From Sulfurospirillum sp. (GTDB taxonomy: Bacteria; Campylobacterota; Campylobacteria; Campylobacterales; Sulfurospirillaceae): 64,000 bases of DNA. The first letter of the stretch is position 1; each line of letters begins with the position of its first letter. The notes under the pieces were generated by a model, which was not told where the DNA came from, ran no database searches, and worked only from the letters and a program-made list of their open reading frames with translations. The translations under genes were made by a program, and so were the position numbers. The DNA lies in the NCBI GenBank assembly GCA_045047115.1, contig JASFYR010000006.1, forward strand, positions 1 to 64,000. Reading direction: 5' to 3'. This document shows positions 9,913 through 20,308 of this stretch, in pieces.

Positions 9913-11082
9913 ATGAATATTCATGAATATCAAGCAAAACAGATTTTTGCTAAGTACGGTGTTCCCGTTCCTAAAGGAAAAGTTGCATTTAGTGTTGAAG
10001 AAGCAGTTGAAAATGCCAAAGAGCTAGGTGGAAAAATTTGGGTAGTAAAAGCCCAAATACATGCTGGAGGTCGTGGACTTGGTGGTGGCGTCAAGTTAGC
10101 TAAAAGTATAGATGAAGTTAAAGAACTTGCAGAAGAAATTCTTGGTATGACTTTAGTTACTCACCAAACAGGACCTGAGGGAAAACTTGTACAAAAGATT
10201 TATATAGAAGAGGGTGCTGATATAGCAGATGAGCTATATCTTGGTGTTGTGCTAGATCGAGCAAAAGAGATGCCTGTTATCATGGCTTCAACTGAAGGCG
10301 GTATGGAGATTGAAAAAGTTGCAAGCGAAACTCCAGAAAAGATTGTAAAAGTTGCAGTTGATCCAACTATCGGTTTTCAAGGATTTCATGGTAGAAAACT
10401 TGCATTTGGGTTAGGACTTCCAAAAGAACAGGTTGGTAAGTTTATAAAATTTGCAGCAGCCCTTTATAAGGTATATATGGAAAATGATGCCAGTTTAATT
10501 GAGATAAATCCTCTTGTAAAAACTGGTGCGGGAGATTTTATCGCACTTGATGGCAAGATGGGTTTTGATGACAGTGCACTTGGTCGCCACCCGGATATCG
10601 AAGCTATGAGAGACATAAGTGAAGAAGACCCGGCAGAGAGAGAAGCTGGAGAGTTTGGACTAAGCTATGTTAAGCTCGATGGCAATGTAGGTTGTATGGT
10701 AAATGGTGCAGGTCTTGCTATGGGTACCATGGATACAATTAACTATGTTGGTGGAACTCCTGCAAACTTTTTAGATGTTGGTGGTACGGCAAATGCCCAA
10801 ACTGTAGCAAAAGGTTTTGAAATAATTCTAAGAGATCCAAATGTAAAATCAATTTTTGTAAATATTTTTGGTGGAATTGTAAGATGCGACAGAATAGCAA
10901 ACGGCATACTGGAAGCTACAAAACTTGTAGATGTACATGTGCCGGTAATCGTTAGACTTGATGGCACGAATGCGCCTGAAGCTGCCCAGATTTTGAAAAA
11001 TGCAAATATAAAAAATGTTATAACAGCAACCGACCTGGGTGATGGCGCCAAAAAAGCAGTTGCAGCGGCAAAGGGAGAGTAA
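9913..11082 (+). CDS. sucC: Succinyl-CoA synthetase beta subunit
   Basis: [43 protein letters not shown]. Confidence 0.97.
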   Translation: MNIHEYQAKQIFAKYGVPVPKGKVAFSVEEAVENAKELGGKIWVVKAQIHAGGRGLGGGVKLAKSIDEVKELAEEILGMTLVTHQTGPEGKLVQKIYIEEGADIADELYLGVVLDRAKEMPVIMASTEGGMEIEKVASETPEKIVKVAVDPTIGFQGFHGRKLAFGLGLPKEQVGKFIKFAAALYKVYMENDASLIEINPLVKTGAGDFIALDGKMGFDDSALGRHPDIEAMRDISEEDPAEREAGEFGLSYVKLDGNVGCMVNGAGLAMGTMDTINYVGGTPANFLDVGGTANAQTVAKGFEIILRDPNVKSIFVNIFGGIVRCDRIANGILEATKLVDVHVPVIVRLDGTNAPEAAQILKNANIKNVITATDLGDGAKKAVAAAKGE

Positions 11083-11083
11083 T

Positions 11084-11956
11084 ATGAGTATATTAGTAAA
11101 CAAGGATACAAAAGTAATAGTTCAAGGTTTTACCGGTAAAGAGGGTACTTTCCACGCTGGACAGTGTATAGATTATGGAACGCAGATAGTTGGTGGTGTT
11201 ACACCAAACAAAGGTGGACAGGTTCACCTTGGTAAACCTGTTTTCAATACAGTGCAAGAGGCTATACAAGCTACCGGAGCAACTGTTAGTATGATTTTTG
11301 TTCCGCCTGCTTTTGTAGGGGACGCCGTTATGGAGGCAGCCGATGCAGGAATTGACTTGGCAGTAATCATCACAGAGGGAGCACCTGTAAGAGATATGAT
11401 GATGGCAAAAGCTTATGCAGTTAAAAGCGGTATGAAGACAATAGGACCAAATTGTCCCGGTGTGATTACTGCCGAAGAATGCAAGATAGGAATTATGCCT
11501 GGCATGGTTTTCAAAAAAGGAAATGTTGGTTTGATTTCAAAATCAGGAACATTGACTTATGAGGGTGCAAATCAAGTTTGCAATGTGGGATATGGCATAA
11601 CAACTGCTGTTGGTATCGGCGGAGACCCAATAATTGGTCTTAGCTATATACAACTTTTAAGAATGTTTGAAGCAGACCCCCAAACTGAAGCCATCGTAAT
11701 GATAGGTGAGATTGGTGGAGATTTGGAAATTCAAGCAGCCCAGTTTATCAAAAACAATGTAACTAAACCAGTTGTCGCTTTTATAGCGGGACAAACTGCA
11801 CCTAAAGGTAAAAGAATGGGACATGCGGGAGCTATCATCAGTGGAAGTGCAGGAACTGCAGCAGAAAAGATGGCAGCACTTGAAGCTGCTGGTGTTGCCG
11901 TAGTAAAATCACCTGCAGAGATAGGTGAAAAGGTTAAAGAAGTATTAAGTAAATAA
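11084..11956 (+). CDS. sucD: Succinyl-CoA synthetase alpha subunit
   Basis: [27 protein letters not shown] phospho-His; ATG 11084. Confidence 0.97.
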   Translation: MSILVNKDTKVIVQGFTGKEGTFHAGQCIDYGTQIVGGVTPNKGGQVHLGKPVFNTVQEAIQATGATVSMIFVPPAFVGDAVMEAADAGIDLAVIITEGAPVRDMMMAKAYAVKSGMKTIGPNCPGVITAEECKIGIMPGMVFKKGNVGLISKSGTLTYEGANQVCNVGYGITTAVGIGGDPIIGLSYIQLLRMFEADPQTEAIVMIGEIGGDLEIQAAQFIKNNVTKPVVAFIAGQTAPKGKRMGHAGAIISGSAGTAAEKMAALEAAGVAVVKSPAEIGEKVKEVLSK

Positions 11957-11967
11957 ACTTTTAAGCA

Positions 11968-11996
11968 ATACTTTAGTAAAGTATCTAATATATAAT
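11968..11996 (+). promoter_or_regulatory. Putative oorD promoter: palindrome plus TATAAT
   Basis: ATACTTTA-G-TAAAGTAT (11968-11984), then TATAAT (11991-11996), then RBS AAGGAG before ATG 12041. Confidence 0.5.
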
Positions 11997-12040
11997 ATTA
12001 AGATTATATTTAAAAATGTAATTTAAAGGAGATATAAAAT

Positions 12041-12358
12041 ATGAGTAACATGGCAGCTCCAGAAAATACCCCCGTATGGGTAGATGTCCATAGATGCAAG
12101 GCATGTGATGTTTGTGTAAGTGTATGCCCGGCAGGTGTTTTAGCAATGGCTCCGGCACCTAATTCAATACTGGGTTCGATGATCGAAGTAGAACATCCGG
12201 AAGCATGCATTGGATGCAGAGATTGTGAATTGCACTGCCCGGATTTTGCTATTTATGTAGCTGAGAGAGGTGAGTTTAAGTTTGCAAGGATTACTGATGA
12301 AGCTAAACAAAGAGCCGAAGCAGTCAAGAACAATCATTATAGAAAATTAAGCGCATAG
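12041..12358 (+). CDS. oorD: 2-oxoglutarate:ferredoxin oxidoreductase delta subunit (2x[4Fe-4S])
   Basis: CKACDVCVSVCP and CIGCRDCELHCP. Confidence 0.93.
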   Translation: MSNMAAPENTPVWVDVHRCKACDVCVSVCPAGVLAMAPAPNSILGSMIEVEHPEACIGCRDCELHCPDFAIYVAERGEFKFARITDEAKQRAEAVKNNHYRKLSA

Positions 12359-12367
12359 GGAGAATAG

Positions 12368-13498
12368 ATGGCAAGAGAAGTAATCTCAAATGGTAATGGA
12401 CTTGTAGCAAAAGCAGCTGTTGAGTGTGGATGTAGATTTTTTGGGGGTTATCCACTTACACCTTCAAGCGAAATAGCACACGATACCAGTGTTTTATTGC
12501 CACAAGTTGGTGGTCATTTTATACAGATGGAAGATGAAATTGGTGGTATAAGTGTAGCCCTCGGTGCTTCAATGAGTGGCGTAAAAGCGATGACAGCAAC
12601 AAGTGGTCCGGGAATTTCTTTAAAATCCGAACAAATTGGTTTTTCATTTATAACTGAAGTTCCGCTTGTTATCATAAATGTTATGAGAGGTGGTCCAAGC
12701 ACAGGACTTCCAACAAGAGTATCTCAAGCAGATATCGGTCAGGCAAAATACCCAACACATGGTGATTTTGCATCAATCACACTTTGCCCTGGTAGTTTAG
12801 AAGAGTGTTATACTGAGACAGTTAGAGCCTTTAATTTAGCTGAAGAGTATATGACCCCGGTTTTTGTACTTTTAGATGAGACATTGGGACATATGGTAGG
12901 AAAAGCAATACTTCCCGACTTGAAGGAAGTTGAAAAATCTATCGTAAACAGAAAAGAGTACACAGGAGATCCAAAAGATTATCTGCCTTATGATGCAGCT
13001 CCAAATACACCAGCGGTTCTAAATCCTTTCTTCAAAGGATATCACTACCATATAACAGGACTTCATCATGGTCCGACAGGTTTCCCTACGGAAGACGGAA
13101 AAATGTGTGAGTACAACATAGAAAGATTGGTTGGAAAAATTAAGCATGCTGATGATTTGGTTGAATATGAAGAATTTATGCTTGATGATGCAGAAGTTTG
13201 CATAATCTCCTATGGAAGTATCAGTAGAGGAGCAAAAGAAGCTGTAGTAAAATTAAGAAAAGATGGTATCAAAGCCGGTCTTTTTAGACCAACTACTATA
13301 TGGCCCAGCCCTGTTAAAAAGCTTGAAGAAATAGGTAAAAGATTTGATAAAATTATGGTCACAGAATTAAATATGGGACAGTATTTGGAAGAAATTCAAA
13401 GAGTAATGAGAAGAGATGACTTTGCAACACTTCATAAAGCAAATGGTCGTCCTATCGCACCAGTTGAAATGGTAGCAAAAGTTAAGGAGATGATGTAA
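12368..13498 (+). CDS. oorA: 2-oxoglutarate:ferredoxin oxidoreductase alpha subunit
   Basis: GGYPLTPSSE, QMEDE, TSGPG, RGGPSTGLPT. Confidence 0.95.
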   Translation: MAREVISNGNGLVAKAAVECGCRFFGGYPLTPSSEIAHDTSVLLPQVGGHFIQMEDEIGGISVALGASMSGVKAMTATSGPGISLKSEQIGFSFITEVPLVIINVMRGGPSTGLPTRVSQADIGQAKYPTHGDFASITLCPGSLEECYTETVRAFNLAEEYMTPVFVLLDETLGHMVGKAILPDLKEVEKSIVNRKEYTGDPKDYLPYDAAPNTPAVLNPFFKGYHYHITGLHHGPTGFPTEDGKMCEYNIERLVGKIKHADDLVEYEEFMLDDAEVCIISYGSISRGAKEAVVKLRKDGIKAGLFRPTTIWPSPVKKLEEIGKRFDKIMVTELNMGQYLEEIQRVMRRDDFATLHKANGRPIAPVEMVAKVKEMM

Positions 13499-14332
13499 AT
13501 GGCTTTTAATTATGATAAATATCTAAGAACAGATAAACTGCCTACACTTTGGTGCTGGGGATGCGGAGATGGAGTTATTTTAAAATCTGTAATTCGTGCT
13601 ATCGATAAAATGGGATGGGACATGGATGATGTTTGTATTGTTTCAGGTATTGGCTGTAGCGGAAGATTTAGCTCATATATAGATTGTAATACTGTTCATA
13701 CTACTCATGGTCGCGCTATCGCTTATGCAACAGGTATAAAATTGGCAAATCCAGATAAACACGTCATTGTTGTTACTGGTGATGGAGATGGCTTGGCGAT
13801 TGGTGGAAATCACACTATTCACGGTTGCAGAAGGAACATTGATCTAAATCATATAGTGATAAATAACTTCATATATGGTTTGACAAACTCTCAAACAAGT
13901 CCAACAACTCCCAAGGGAATGTGGACTGTAACTGCTCAATATGGAAATATAGATCCAACTTTTGATGCCGCAAAGCTAGCTGATGCTGCCGGAGCTTCAT
14001 TTGTTGCTCGTGAATCTGTTTTGGAGCCTAAAAAAATGGAAAAGGTTTTTCTTGAAGGCTTTAAACATAAAGGCTACTCTTTCTTTGATATTTTTTCAAA
14101 TTGTCATATCAACCTTGGCAGAAAAAATAAAATGGGTGAAGCAAAACAGACACTTGATTGGATTGATAGCAGAATTATCTCTAAGAAAAAATTTGATGCT
14201 CTTAGTGATGAAGAAAAAGTTGGTAAATTTCCATTGGGTATTTTAAAGAAAGACGAAGAAGCACTAGAATATTGTGAAGCATATAATAAAGTGATAGAAG
14301 CTGCACAGAGCAAAACAAAAGTAAAACTGTAA
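13499..14332 (+). CDS. oorB: 2-oxoglutarate:ferredoxin oxidoreductase beta subunit
   Basis: WCWGCG, SGIGCS, TPP-binding GDGD...NN. Confidence 0.95.
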   Translation: MAFNYDKYLRTDKLPTLWCWGCGDGVILKSVIRAIDKMGWDMDDVCIVSGIGCSGRFSSYIDCNTVHTTHGRAIAYATGIKLANPDKHVIVVTGDGDGLAIGGNHTIHGCRRNIDLNHIVINNFIYGLTNSQTSPTTPKGMWTVTAQYGNIDPTFDAAKLADAAGASFVARESVLEPKKMEKVFLEGFKHKGYSFFDIFSNCHINLGRKNKMGEAKQTLDWIDSRIISKKKFDALSDEEKVGKFPLGILKKDEEALEYCEAYNKVIEAAQSKTKVKL

Positions 14333-14345
14333 GGAGAAGCACAAA

Positions 14346-14897
14346 ATGAGAAGACAATTAAGATTTGTTGGTGTTGGTGGTCAAGGTGTTATCCTAGCAG
14401 GTGAGATTTTGGCAGAAGCAAAGATAAAAAGTGGTGGTTATGGTGTAAAATCTGCAACTTATACTTCCCAAGTAAGAGGAGGACCTACAAAAGTTGATAT
14501 TTTACTTGATGATAATGAAATCTTATACCCTTATGCAAATGAAGGAGAGATAGAGTTTATGATAGCAACTGCTCAAGTTAGCTATGATCAGTTCAAAGAG
14601 GGTGTTAAAGAGGGCGGAAATATAGTTGTTGAGCCAAATCTGGTAACTCCTAGCGACGAAGATAGAAAAAAGTGGAATATATATGAAATACCACTAATCA
14701 CAATAGCCAAAGAAGAAGTGGGAAATGTTATCACCCAATCCGTTGTAGCTCTTGGAATCACAATGGAAATGACTAAAGTTCTTGATTTTGATTTGGTTAT
14801 GGAAGTTACTCTTGAAAAAGTACCTGCAAAAGTTCATGAAGTAAACAAAAAAGCTTATGAACTTGGTATAAAATATGCTAAAGAAGCTTTGGCATAA
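14346..14897 (+). CDS. oorC: 2-oxoglutarate:ferredoxin oxidoreductase gamma subunit
   Basis: GVGGQGVILAG, YTSQVRGG. Confidence 0.95.
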   Translation: MRRQLRFVGVGGQGVILAGEILAEAKIKSGGYGVKSATYTSQVRGGPTKVDILLDDNEILYPYANEGEIEFMIATAQVSYDQFKEGVKEGGNIVVEPNLVTPSDEDRKKWNIYEIPLITIAKEEVGNVITQSVVALGITMEMTKVLDFDLVMEVTLEKVPAKVHEVNKKAYELGIKYAKEALA

Positions 14898-14906
14898 ACA
14901 AACTAT

Positions 14907-14942
14907 TCATATGGCTGCAATATATTTTTAACAGCCATATGA
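14907..14942. terminator. Hairpin between convergent oorC and serA, possibly bidirectional terminator
   Basis: TCATATGGCTG (14907-14917) / CAGCCATATGA (14932-14942), 11-bp perfect inverted repeat. Confidence 0.6.
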
Positions 14943-14963
14943 CATCTACTATGGTAAAAAGTG

Positions 14964-16127
14964 CTATTTTAGCAATCTTGCAAATATAACCTCGTCTATA
15001 TCTTTAATTTTTTCGACAAGCAATTTATCGGTATTGTCATTTATATCGATAATATTGTATGCTATGCCCCCTCTGCTTTTATTTAGCATATTTACTATAT
15101 TGATATTATTATGCGCTAAAACAGATGTTATACTTTCTATCATGTGTGGTATATTTTTATTGGCAATTATGAGTCTTTGACTATTTTGTGATTTTGGCAT
15201 AGTCGCATTTGGGAAATTTACAGAGTTTACTATATTTCCATTTTCCAGAAATTCTTTTATCTCATCGACTGCCATCACTGCGCAATTTTCTTCAGATTCC
15301 AGGGTTGATGCTCCAAGATGTGGTACAGGAATGATACCTTTGATGCCCAAAAGTTGTTTTTCCGGAAAATCAGTAACATAGCAAGAAGCTTTTTGATTCT
15401 TTATAGCTTCTATTATATCTTTACTGTTTACAAGTCCACCCCTTGAAAAATTGATAATTTTTACACCGTCTTTGCATTTTTGCAGAGTCCCTTTGTTTAT
15501 CATGTCTTTTGTGCTTTCCAACAAAGGAACATGTATGGTTATGTAATCACATTTTTCATAAATCTTATCTAATGAAGTAGTCTTTTTAACTCTGTTCGAA
15601 AGAAGCCAGGCACCATCCACAGAAAGATAAGGGTCATAACCTTTTACTTTCATGCCAAGATCAAGTGCACTATTTGCCACCATAGCACCTATGGCTCCCA
15701 GTCCGATAACACCCAGTGTCTTTCCTTTAATTTCGCAACCGGCAAAATTTGATTTGTTTTTCTCAACCAAAGATACAACATCACCACTGTTTTTTATAGT
15801 TTGCACCCACTGCACACCTGAAGTTATATCTCTGGAAGATAGAAATAAAGAGGCGATAACCAGTTCTTTTACAGCATTTGCATTTGCTCCGGGAGTGTTA
15901 AAGACAACTATGCCTTTTTCACTGCAAATGTCGAGCGGTATATTATTGACTCCGGCACCCGCTCTTGCTATTGCTTTTAAATTTTTGCCAAATTCATAGT
16001 CATGCATCTTAAAACTTCTAAGTACAATTGCATCAGGTCTATTTTCATCATCATTTAAATTGTAGTTTTTGCCAAATCTATCTAACCCTGTAGATGATAT
16101 TTTATTTAGAGTCTTTATTTTATACAT
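14964..16127 (-). CDS. serA: D-3-phosphoglycerate dehydrogenase (short form with ACT domain)
   Basis: RAGAGVNN, NTPGAN, GLGAIG, PHLGAST, ACT-like C-terminus; RBS AGGAG before ATG 16127; follows serC. Confidence 0.9.
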   Translation of the reverse strand: MYKIKTLNKISSTGLDRFGKNYNLNDDENRPDAIVLRSFKMHDYEFGKNLKAIARAGAGVNNIPLDICSEKGIVVFNTPGANANAVKELVIASLFLSSRDITSGVQWVQTIKNSGDVVSLVEKNKSNFAGCEIKGKTLGVIGLGAIGAMVANSALDLGMKVKGYDPYLSVDGAWLLSNRVKKTTSLDKIYEKCDYITIHVPLLESTKDMINKGTLQKCKDGVKIINFSRGGLVNSKDIIEAIKNQKASCYVTDFPEKQLLGIKGIIPVPHLGASTLESEENCAVMAVDEIKEFLENGNIVNSVNFPNATMPKSQNSQRLIIANKNIPHMIESITSVLAHNNINIVNMLNKSRGGIAYNIIDINDNTDKLLVEKIKDIDEVIFARLLK

Positions 16128-16137
16128 ATCTCTACTC

Positions 16138-17217
16138 CTAAGCGTGTTTTTTTGCAAAATCTTGCATAAGTTGCACCAAAGCTTCCACGCCCTCTAGAGT
16201 CATAGCATTGTATATAGAAGCTCTAAGTCCACCGATACTTCTGTGTCCCTTAAGACCTATCATATTTGCTTTCTCGGCCTCCTCTAGAAGCATGGCTTCG
16301 AGTTTTAAATCTTTATCTTTGATATTGAAAGATACATTCATAAGGCTTCTTGAATCTTTTTGTGCATGCCCCATATAAAAGCCATTACTATTATCGATAG
16401 CATCATATAAAATTTTAGCTTTCTCTCTATTTAGTCTGTCTATGGCTTCTATGCCACCTTTAGATTTTATCCACTCTAACACAAGATTTAGTATATATAT
16501 CCCAAATGTTGGGGGAGTATTATATAGAGAATTAGCATTTGCATAAGTTTTATACCTAAGCATAGTTGGAATATTATCTTTAAAAGAATCAAGCAGATTT
16601 TTTCTGATAATCACCATGGTGACTCCTGAAGGTCCTGCATTTTTTTGAGCACCTCCAAAAAGTAGATCGACTCTGTTCCAATCTATCGCATAAGAGAAGA
16701 GGTCGCTTGAAGCATCCACCACCAAAGGTGATTTTGTAGATGGAAATTCTTTATATTGTGTTCCATAAATCGTGTTGTTTGATGTTATATAGGCGTAGTC
16801 ACAATCATCATCAAACTTAACCTCCGGTATATAGTTAAAATTACTCTCTTGCGAAGTAGCTATAATTTGTGCTGTGATGCCTTGAATTTCCACCTCTTTC
16901 AGTGCTTTTTTCGACCAAGCACCAGTGTTTACATACTGTACTTTTCCCCCTTTATACAGGTTCATAGGCACCATGGCAAACTGCATAGATGCGCCGCCTT
17001 GCAGAAATAGTATCTCAAAATCATCAGGTAGTTTATACAGCTCTTTTATGTTTTTTTTGGCACTCTCATGAACATCATCATATAGTTTTGATCGGTGTGA
17101 AGCCTCCATAATTGAAATACCGCTGCCTTTATAATCCAATAACTCTTTTTGTGCTGTCTCTAAAACCTCTGTCGGTATAGCAGCAGGTCCGGCACCGAAA
17201 TTGTAAGCTCTCTTCAT
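16138..17217 (-). CDS. serC: Phosphoserine aminotransferase
   Basis: NFGAGPA, SHRS, GAQKNAGPSG (PLP Lys), NTPP, GHRSIGGLRASIYNA. Confidence 0.97.
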   Translation of the reverse strand: MKRAYNFGAGPAAIPTEVLETAQKELLDYKGSGISIMEASHRSKLYDDVHESAKKNIKELYKLPDDFEILFLQGGASMQFAMVPMNLYKGGKVQYVNTGAWSKKALKEVEIQGITAQIIATSQESNFNYIPEVKFDDDCDYAYITSNNTIYGTQYKEFPSTKSPLVVDASSDLFSYAIDWNRVDLLFGGAQKNAGPSGVTMVIIRKNLLDSFKDNIPTMLRYKTYANANSLYNTPPTFGIYILNLVLEWIKSKGGIEAIDRLNREKAKILYDAIDNSNGFYMGHAQKDSRSLMNVSFNIKDKDLKLEAMLLEEAEKANMIGLKGHRSIGGLRASIYNAMTLEGVEALVQLMQDFAKKHA

Positions 17218-17239
17218 ATTTGTATCTCCTTATTATTAT

Positions 17240-17923
17240 TTATCTATTGTGAAACAGAACCGAGCCTATGCGGAGCATATTTGCTCCACACTCCACAGCT
17301 AGTTCATAATCGCTACTCATACCCATAGAGCAGTATTTTGCACCTCTTGTTTGTAGTTTTTCATATATAGCATAAGTTTTCTCAAAACTCTCTTTTATAT
17401 CTTTTGTATCCTCTGTATGGGCTCCTATACTCATCACACCCTTAAGGTCTATATTGCTACATGTAGAGATAATTTCATCATATGTCTCTATCGCAATTTC
17501 CGGCATAACACCTGCTTTTTGCTCCTCTTTTGCACTGTTTATCTGCAAAAGAGCGTTTAACTTTTTGCCTTTTATTTTTAGTCTTTTGTCTATCTCTCTG
17601 GCCAGATCTATGGAGCTAAGAGAGTGCATCAATGATGGATTTAGATCTATGAGAGCATTTATCTTATTTGTCTGCAATCTTCCAATAAAGTGCCACTCTA
17701 CAGGCAAATTTTCAAGTTCAGATATTTTAATTTTAAGGTCTTGAACTCTATTTTCACCAAAAGCTCTTTGACCTATGTTGTACATATCAGATATAGCTTT
17801 GGAATTCACACTTTTGCTTACTGCTATGATTCTTACTATTTGGTGCTGATTGACCTTGACTCTTACATTCTCAATATTGGTAAGAATTTCATCATACCTT
17901 TTTTCATAATCCAAAATTGACAT
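17240..17923 (-). CDS. yggS: PLP homeostasis protein YggS/PROSC
   Basis: AVSK, FGENRVQ, WHFIGRLQTNK, SMGMSSDY, RIGS. Confidence 0.95.
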   Translation of the reverse strand: MSILDYEKRYDEILTNIENVRVKVNQHQIVRIIAVSKSVNSKAISDMYNIGQRAFGENRVQDLKIKISELENLPVEWHFIGRLQTNKINALIDLNPSLMHSLSSIDLAREIDKRLKIKGKKLNALLQINSAKEEQKAGVMPEIAIETYDEIISTCSNIDLKGVMSIGAHTEDTKDIKESFEKTYAIYEKLQTRGAKYCSMGMSSDYELAVECGANMLRIGSVLFHNR

Positions 17924-18981
17924 CAATTTCCCCCTGCAATTCTATATATATCATTAAATATCGTAAAAGCCATCAATGAAAGCAAAAATACCCATCCCCC
18001 TAAAGTTAAATAGTACAGAACTCTCTCACTCGGTGCTTTTTTTGTAATCATTTCATAAAGATTGAACATTATGTGTCCACCATCAAGTGCTGGAATAGGC
18101 AGTAGATTCAAGACACCCAGATTGACAGAAATAAGGGCAGTAAGACCAAAAAGTGCTACTATACCTATAGCACTTGCTTTTGCGGTTACTTGAACTATGG
18201 ATACGATTCCACCCAACTCTTTTGCCGGCACTACACCTTCTATCAGTTTTTGCAGACTTTTTACTATCATAGTAGTTGCATTTTTTGTCTCTTCTAGCGC
18301 AAAAGGTATACTTTGTAAAAACGTATATCTGATAGTGATAGTTTTGCCACTAGGAGATATGCCTACCATCTTTTTTTTCAAAGTCTCTCCAAACATATTT
18401 TTATATGTATGAATTTTTGGCTCTATCTTGATTTTTATCAACTTTCTGTCCCGTTTGATCTTAAACAGCAGGCTATCACTACTTTTTTTTATCTTTTTAC
18501 TTAATTCATCCCAAGTTTTGATTTTTATACCGTTTATTGAGATAATCTCATCATTGCTTTTTATGCCACTTTTAAACGCTGGTGAATCTTTGGATACTTG
18601 ACCGATATATGGAGCAAATTTGTTTATACCGATACTACCAATAGCTATATATAACAAAAATGCCAAAAGAAAATTAGCAAATGGGCCAGCCAGCAAGATT
18701 ACAATTCTTTGCCAAGGCTCTTTAACATTGTAGCTATCTTTATCTTTAGAGAGCTTTGTCGGGTCCATATCGTCTTGACCTTTCATCTGCACATATCCGC
18801 CAAGAGGTATCATACTTAAGGCATACTGCGTGTCACCATAGACTTTTGTATATATTTTTTTACCAAACCCTATACTGAAAACCTCTACTTTTACACCAAA
18901 AAATCTTGCGGCCAAAAAGTGTCCCAACTCATGAAAAAATATCAGAAAAGAGAGAACTAAAAGTGAAACTATAGTACCCAT
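17923..18981 (-). CDS. rseP: RIP metalloprotease RseP
   Basis: HELGH, PDZ domain, NLLPIPALDGG. Confidence 0.95.
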   Translation of the reverse strand: MGTIVSLLVLSFLIFFHELGHFLAARFFGVKVEVFSIGFGKKIYTKVYGDTQYALSMIPLGGYVQMKGQDDMDPTKLSKDKDSYNVKEPWQRIVILLAGPFANFLLAFLLYIAIGSIGINKFAPYIGQVSKDSPAFKSGIKSNDEIISINGIKIKTWDELSKKIKKSSDSLLFKIKRDRKLIKIKIEPKIHTYKNMFGETLKKKMVGISPSGKTITIRYTFLQSIPFALEETKNATTMIVKSLQKLIEGVVPAKELGGIVSIVQVTAKASAIGIVALFGLTALISVNLGVLNLLPIPALDGGHIMFNLYEMITKKAPSERVLYYLTLGGWVFLLSLMAFTIFNDIYRIAGGN

Positions 18982-19526
18982 TAGCTATTTACCTTTTTTA
19001 TATAACCCGATACATACTCAAAACCGGAATAAAGTGTTAAAAATACCGCAAGCCATAAGAGGAAATTTGCAAAGGGCCAGTTCATCATCAAGAAGCCGAT
19101 AGCAAACATTTGAGCTACTGTTTTTACTTTTCCTGCCATTGACGCTGCTACACTGTATCCTTTGCTCGCACTTGCAACTCTGATACCTGTGATGAAAAAC
19201 TCTCTTGTAAGTATGAGATATATCGCCCATGGATTTGCTCTATCTATCACCATAAGACCCAAAAATGCAGCAAGCACCAACATTTTGTCGGCCAGTGGAT
19301 CCAGTATGGCTCCAAGTTCCGTTTTTTGATTCCACTCTCTTGCTATAAAACCATCAAAAAAATCTGTTGTACTTGCCAGCACAAATAAAAGTGTAGCAAA
19401 ATAGTCTAGCCAAGACTCATTCACGGCACTAAAGATAGAATTGCCTCTATCTACTAAAAACCAATACATTAAAGGCGCCATAGCAATCCTGAGAAATGCT
19501 AGAAGATTTGGAAGATTAAGTATCAT
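18981..19526 (-). CDS. pgsA: CDP-diacylglycerol--glycerol-3-phosphate 3-phosphatidyltransferase
   Basis: TDFFDGFIAR...GAILDPLADK CDP-alcohol motif. Confidence 0.95.
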   Translation of the reverse strand: MILNLPNLLAFLRIAMAPLMYWFLVDRGNSIFSAVNESWLDYFATLLFVLASTTDFFDGFIAREWNQKTELGAILDPLADKMLVLAAFLGLMVIDRANPWAIYLILTREFFITGIRVASASKGYSVAASMAGKVKTVAQMFAIGFLMMNWPFANFLLWLAVFLTLYSGFEYVSGYIKKVNS

Positions 19527-20305
19527 TTAAATGTAGTACCGCCATCTATCAAAAGTGTATGTCCTGTTATCCAAGAGGCATTGTTTGAGCATAAAAATAG
19601 AGCAGCTCCAGCCATATCTTCGGGTTTCCCCATGCGATTCAACGGTGATAACTCTGCAGTTTTTGCCTTAACCTCTTCATAGTTTGTAAAAGCCCTTAAA
19701 GCGTCTGTCTCGATAGGTCCACCACTTATAGCATTGACTCTGATACCCATCTCTCCGAGCTCTGTTGCAGCGTATTTTACCATAGTTTCCACTGCGGCTT
19801 TTGCGGTTCCGTGACCTGCATAGTTATCTATAAAAACTCTGTTTCCTGTAGATGAGAGAGATATAATACTGCCTCCTCCCACCTTTTCCATTCTTTTAGC
19901 TGCCTCTTGAGCACCGACTACAAAAGCATTTACTGTTGCTGTGAAGATATTATTGATTCCTTTTGGTTTGAGTCTCATAAATTTTGCATATCCTCCGACA
20001 ACTGCCCGTCCTGAGATAATGGCGTTCGATATAAAAAAGTCAACTCTGTCAAAATCTTTGTCTATCTCTTTAAAAAGCTCTTTGTAAGTTAAAGGTTCAA
20101 GTATATTTAGGGCATAGGCTCTGGCTTTTATGCCATATTCACTCTCGAGTTTTACTGCCTGGTTTTTTGCCAATTCTTCATTTGAATTATATGTGAAGGC
20201 TATATTTGCACCGTTTTTTGCAAATTCTTGTACTATTGCTTTACCTATTCCTCTGGTGCCACCACTGATAACCAATGTTTTGCCCTCTATATCAGAAAAT
20301 TTCAT
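19523..20305 (-). CDS. SDR enoyl-ACP reductase (FabL-like)
   Basis: SGGTRGIG, Y-x6-K (YAGHGTAK), GPIET. Confidence 0.8.
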   Translation of the reverse strand: MKFSDIEGKTLVISGGTRGIGKAIVQEFAKNGANIAFTYNSNEELAKNQAVKLESEYGIKARAYALNILEPLTYKELFKEIDKDFDRVDFFISNAIISGRAVVGGYAKFMRLKPKGINNIFTATVNAFVVGAQEAAKRMEKVGGGSIISLSSTGNRVFIDNYAGHGTAKAAVETMVKYAATELGEMGIRVNAISGGPIETDALRAFTNYEEVKAKTAELSPLNRMGKPEDMAGAALFLCSNNASWITGHTLLIDGGTTFK

Positions 20306-20308
20306 TAC

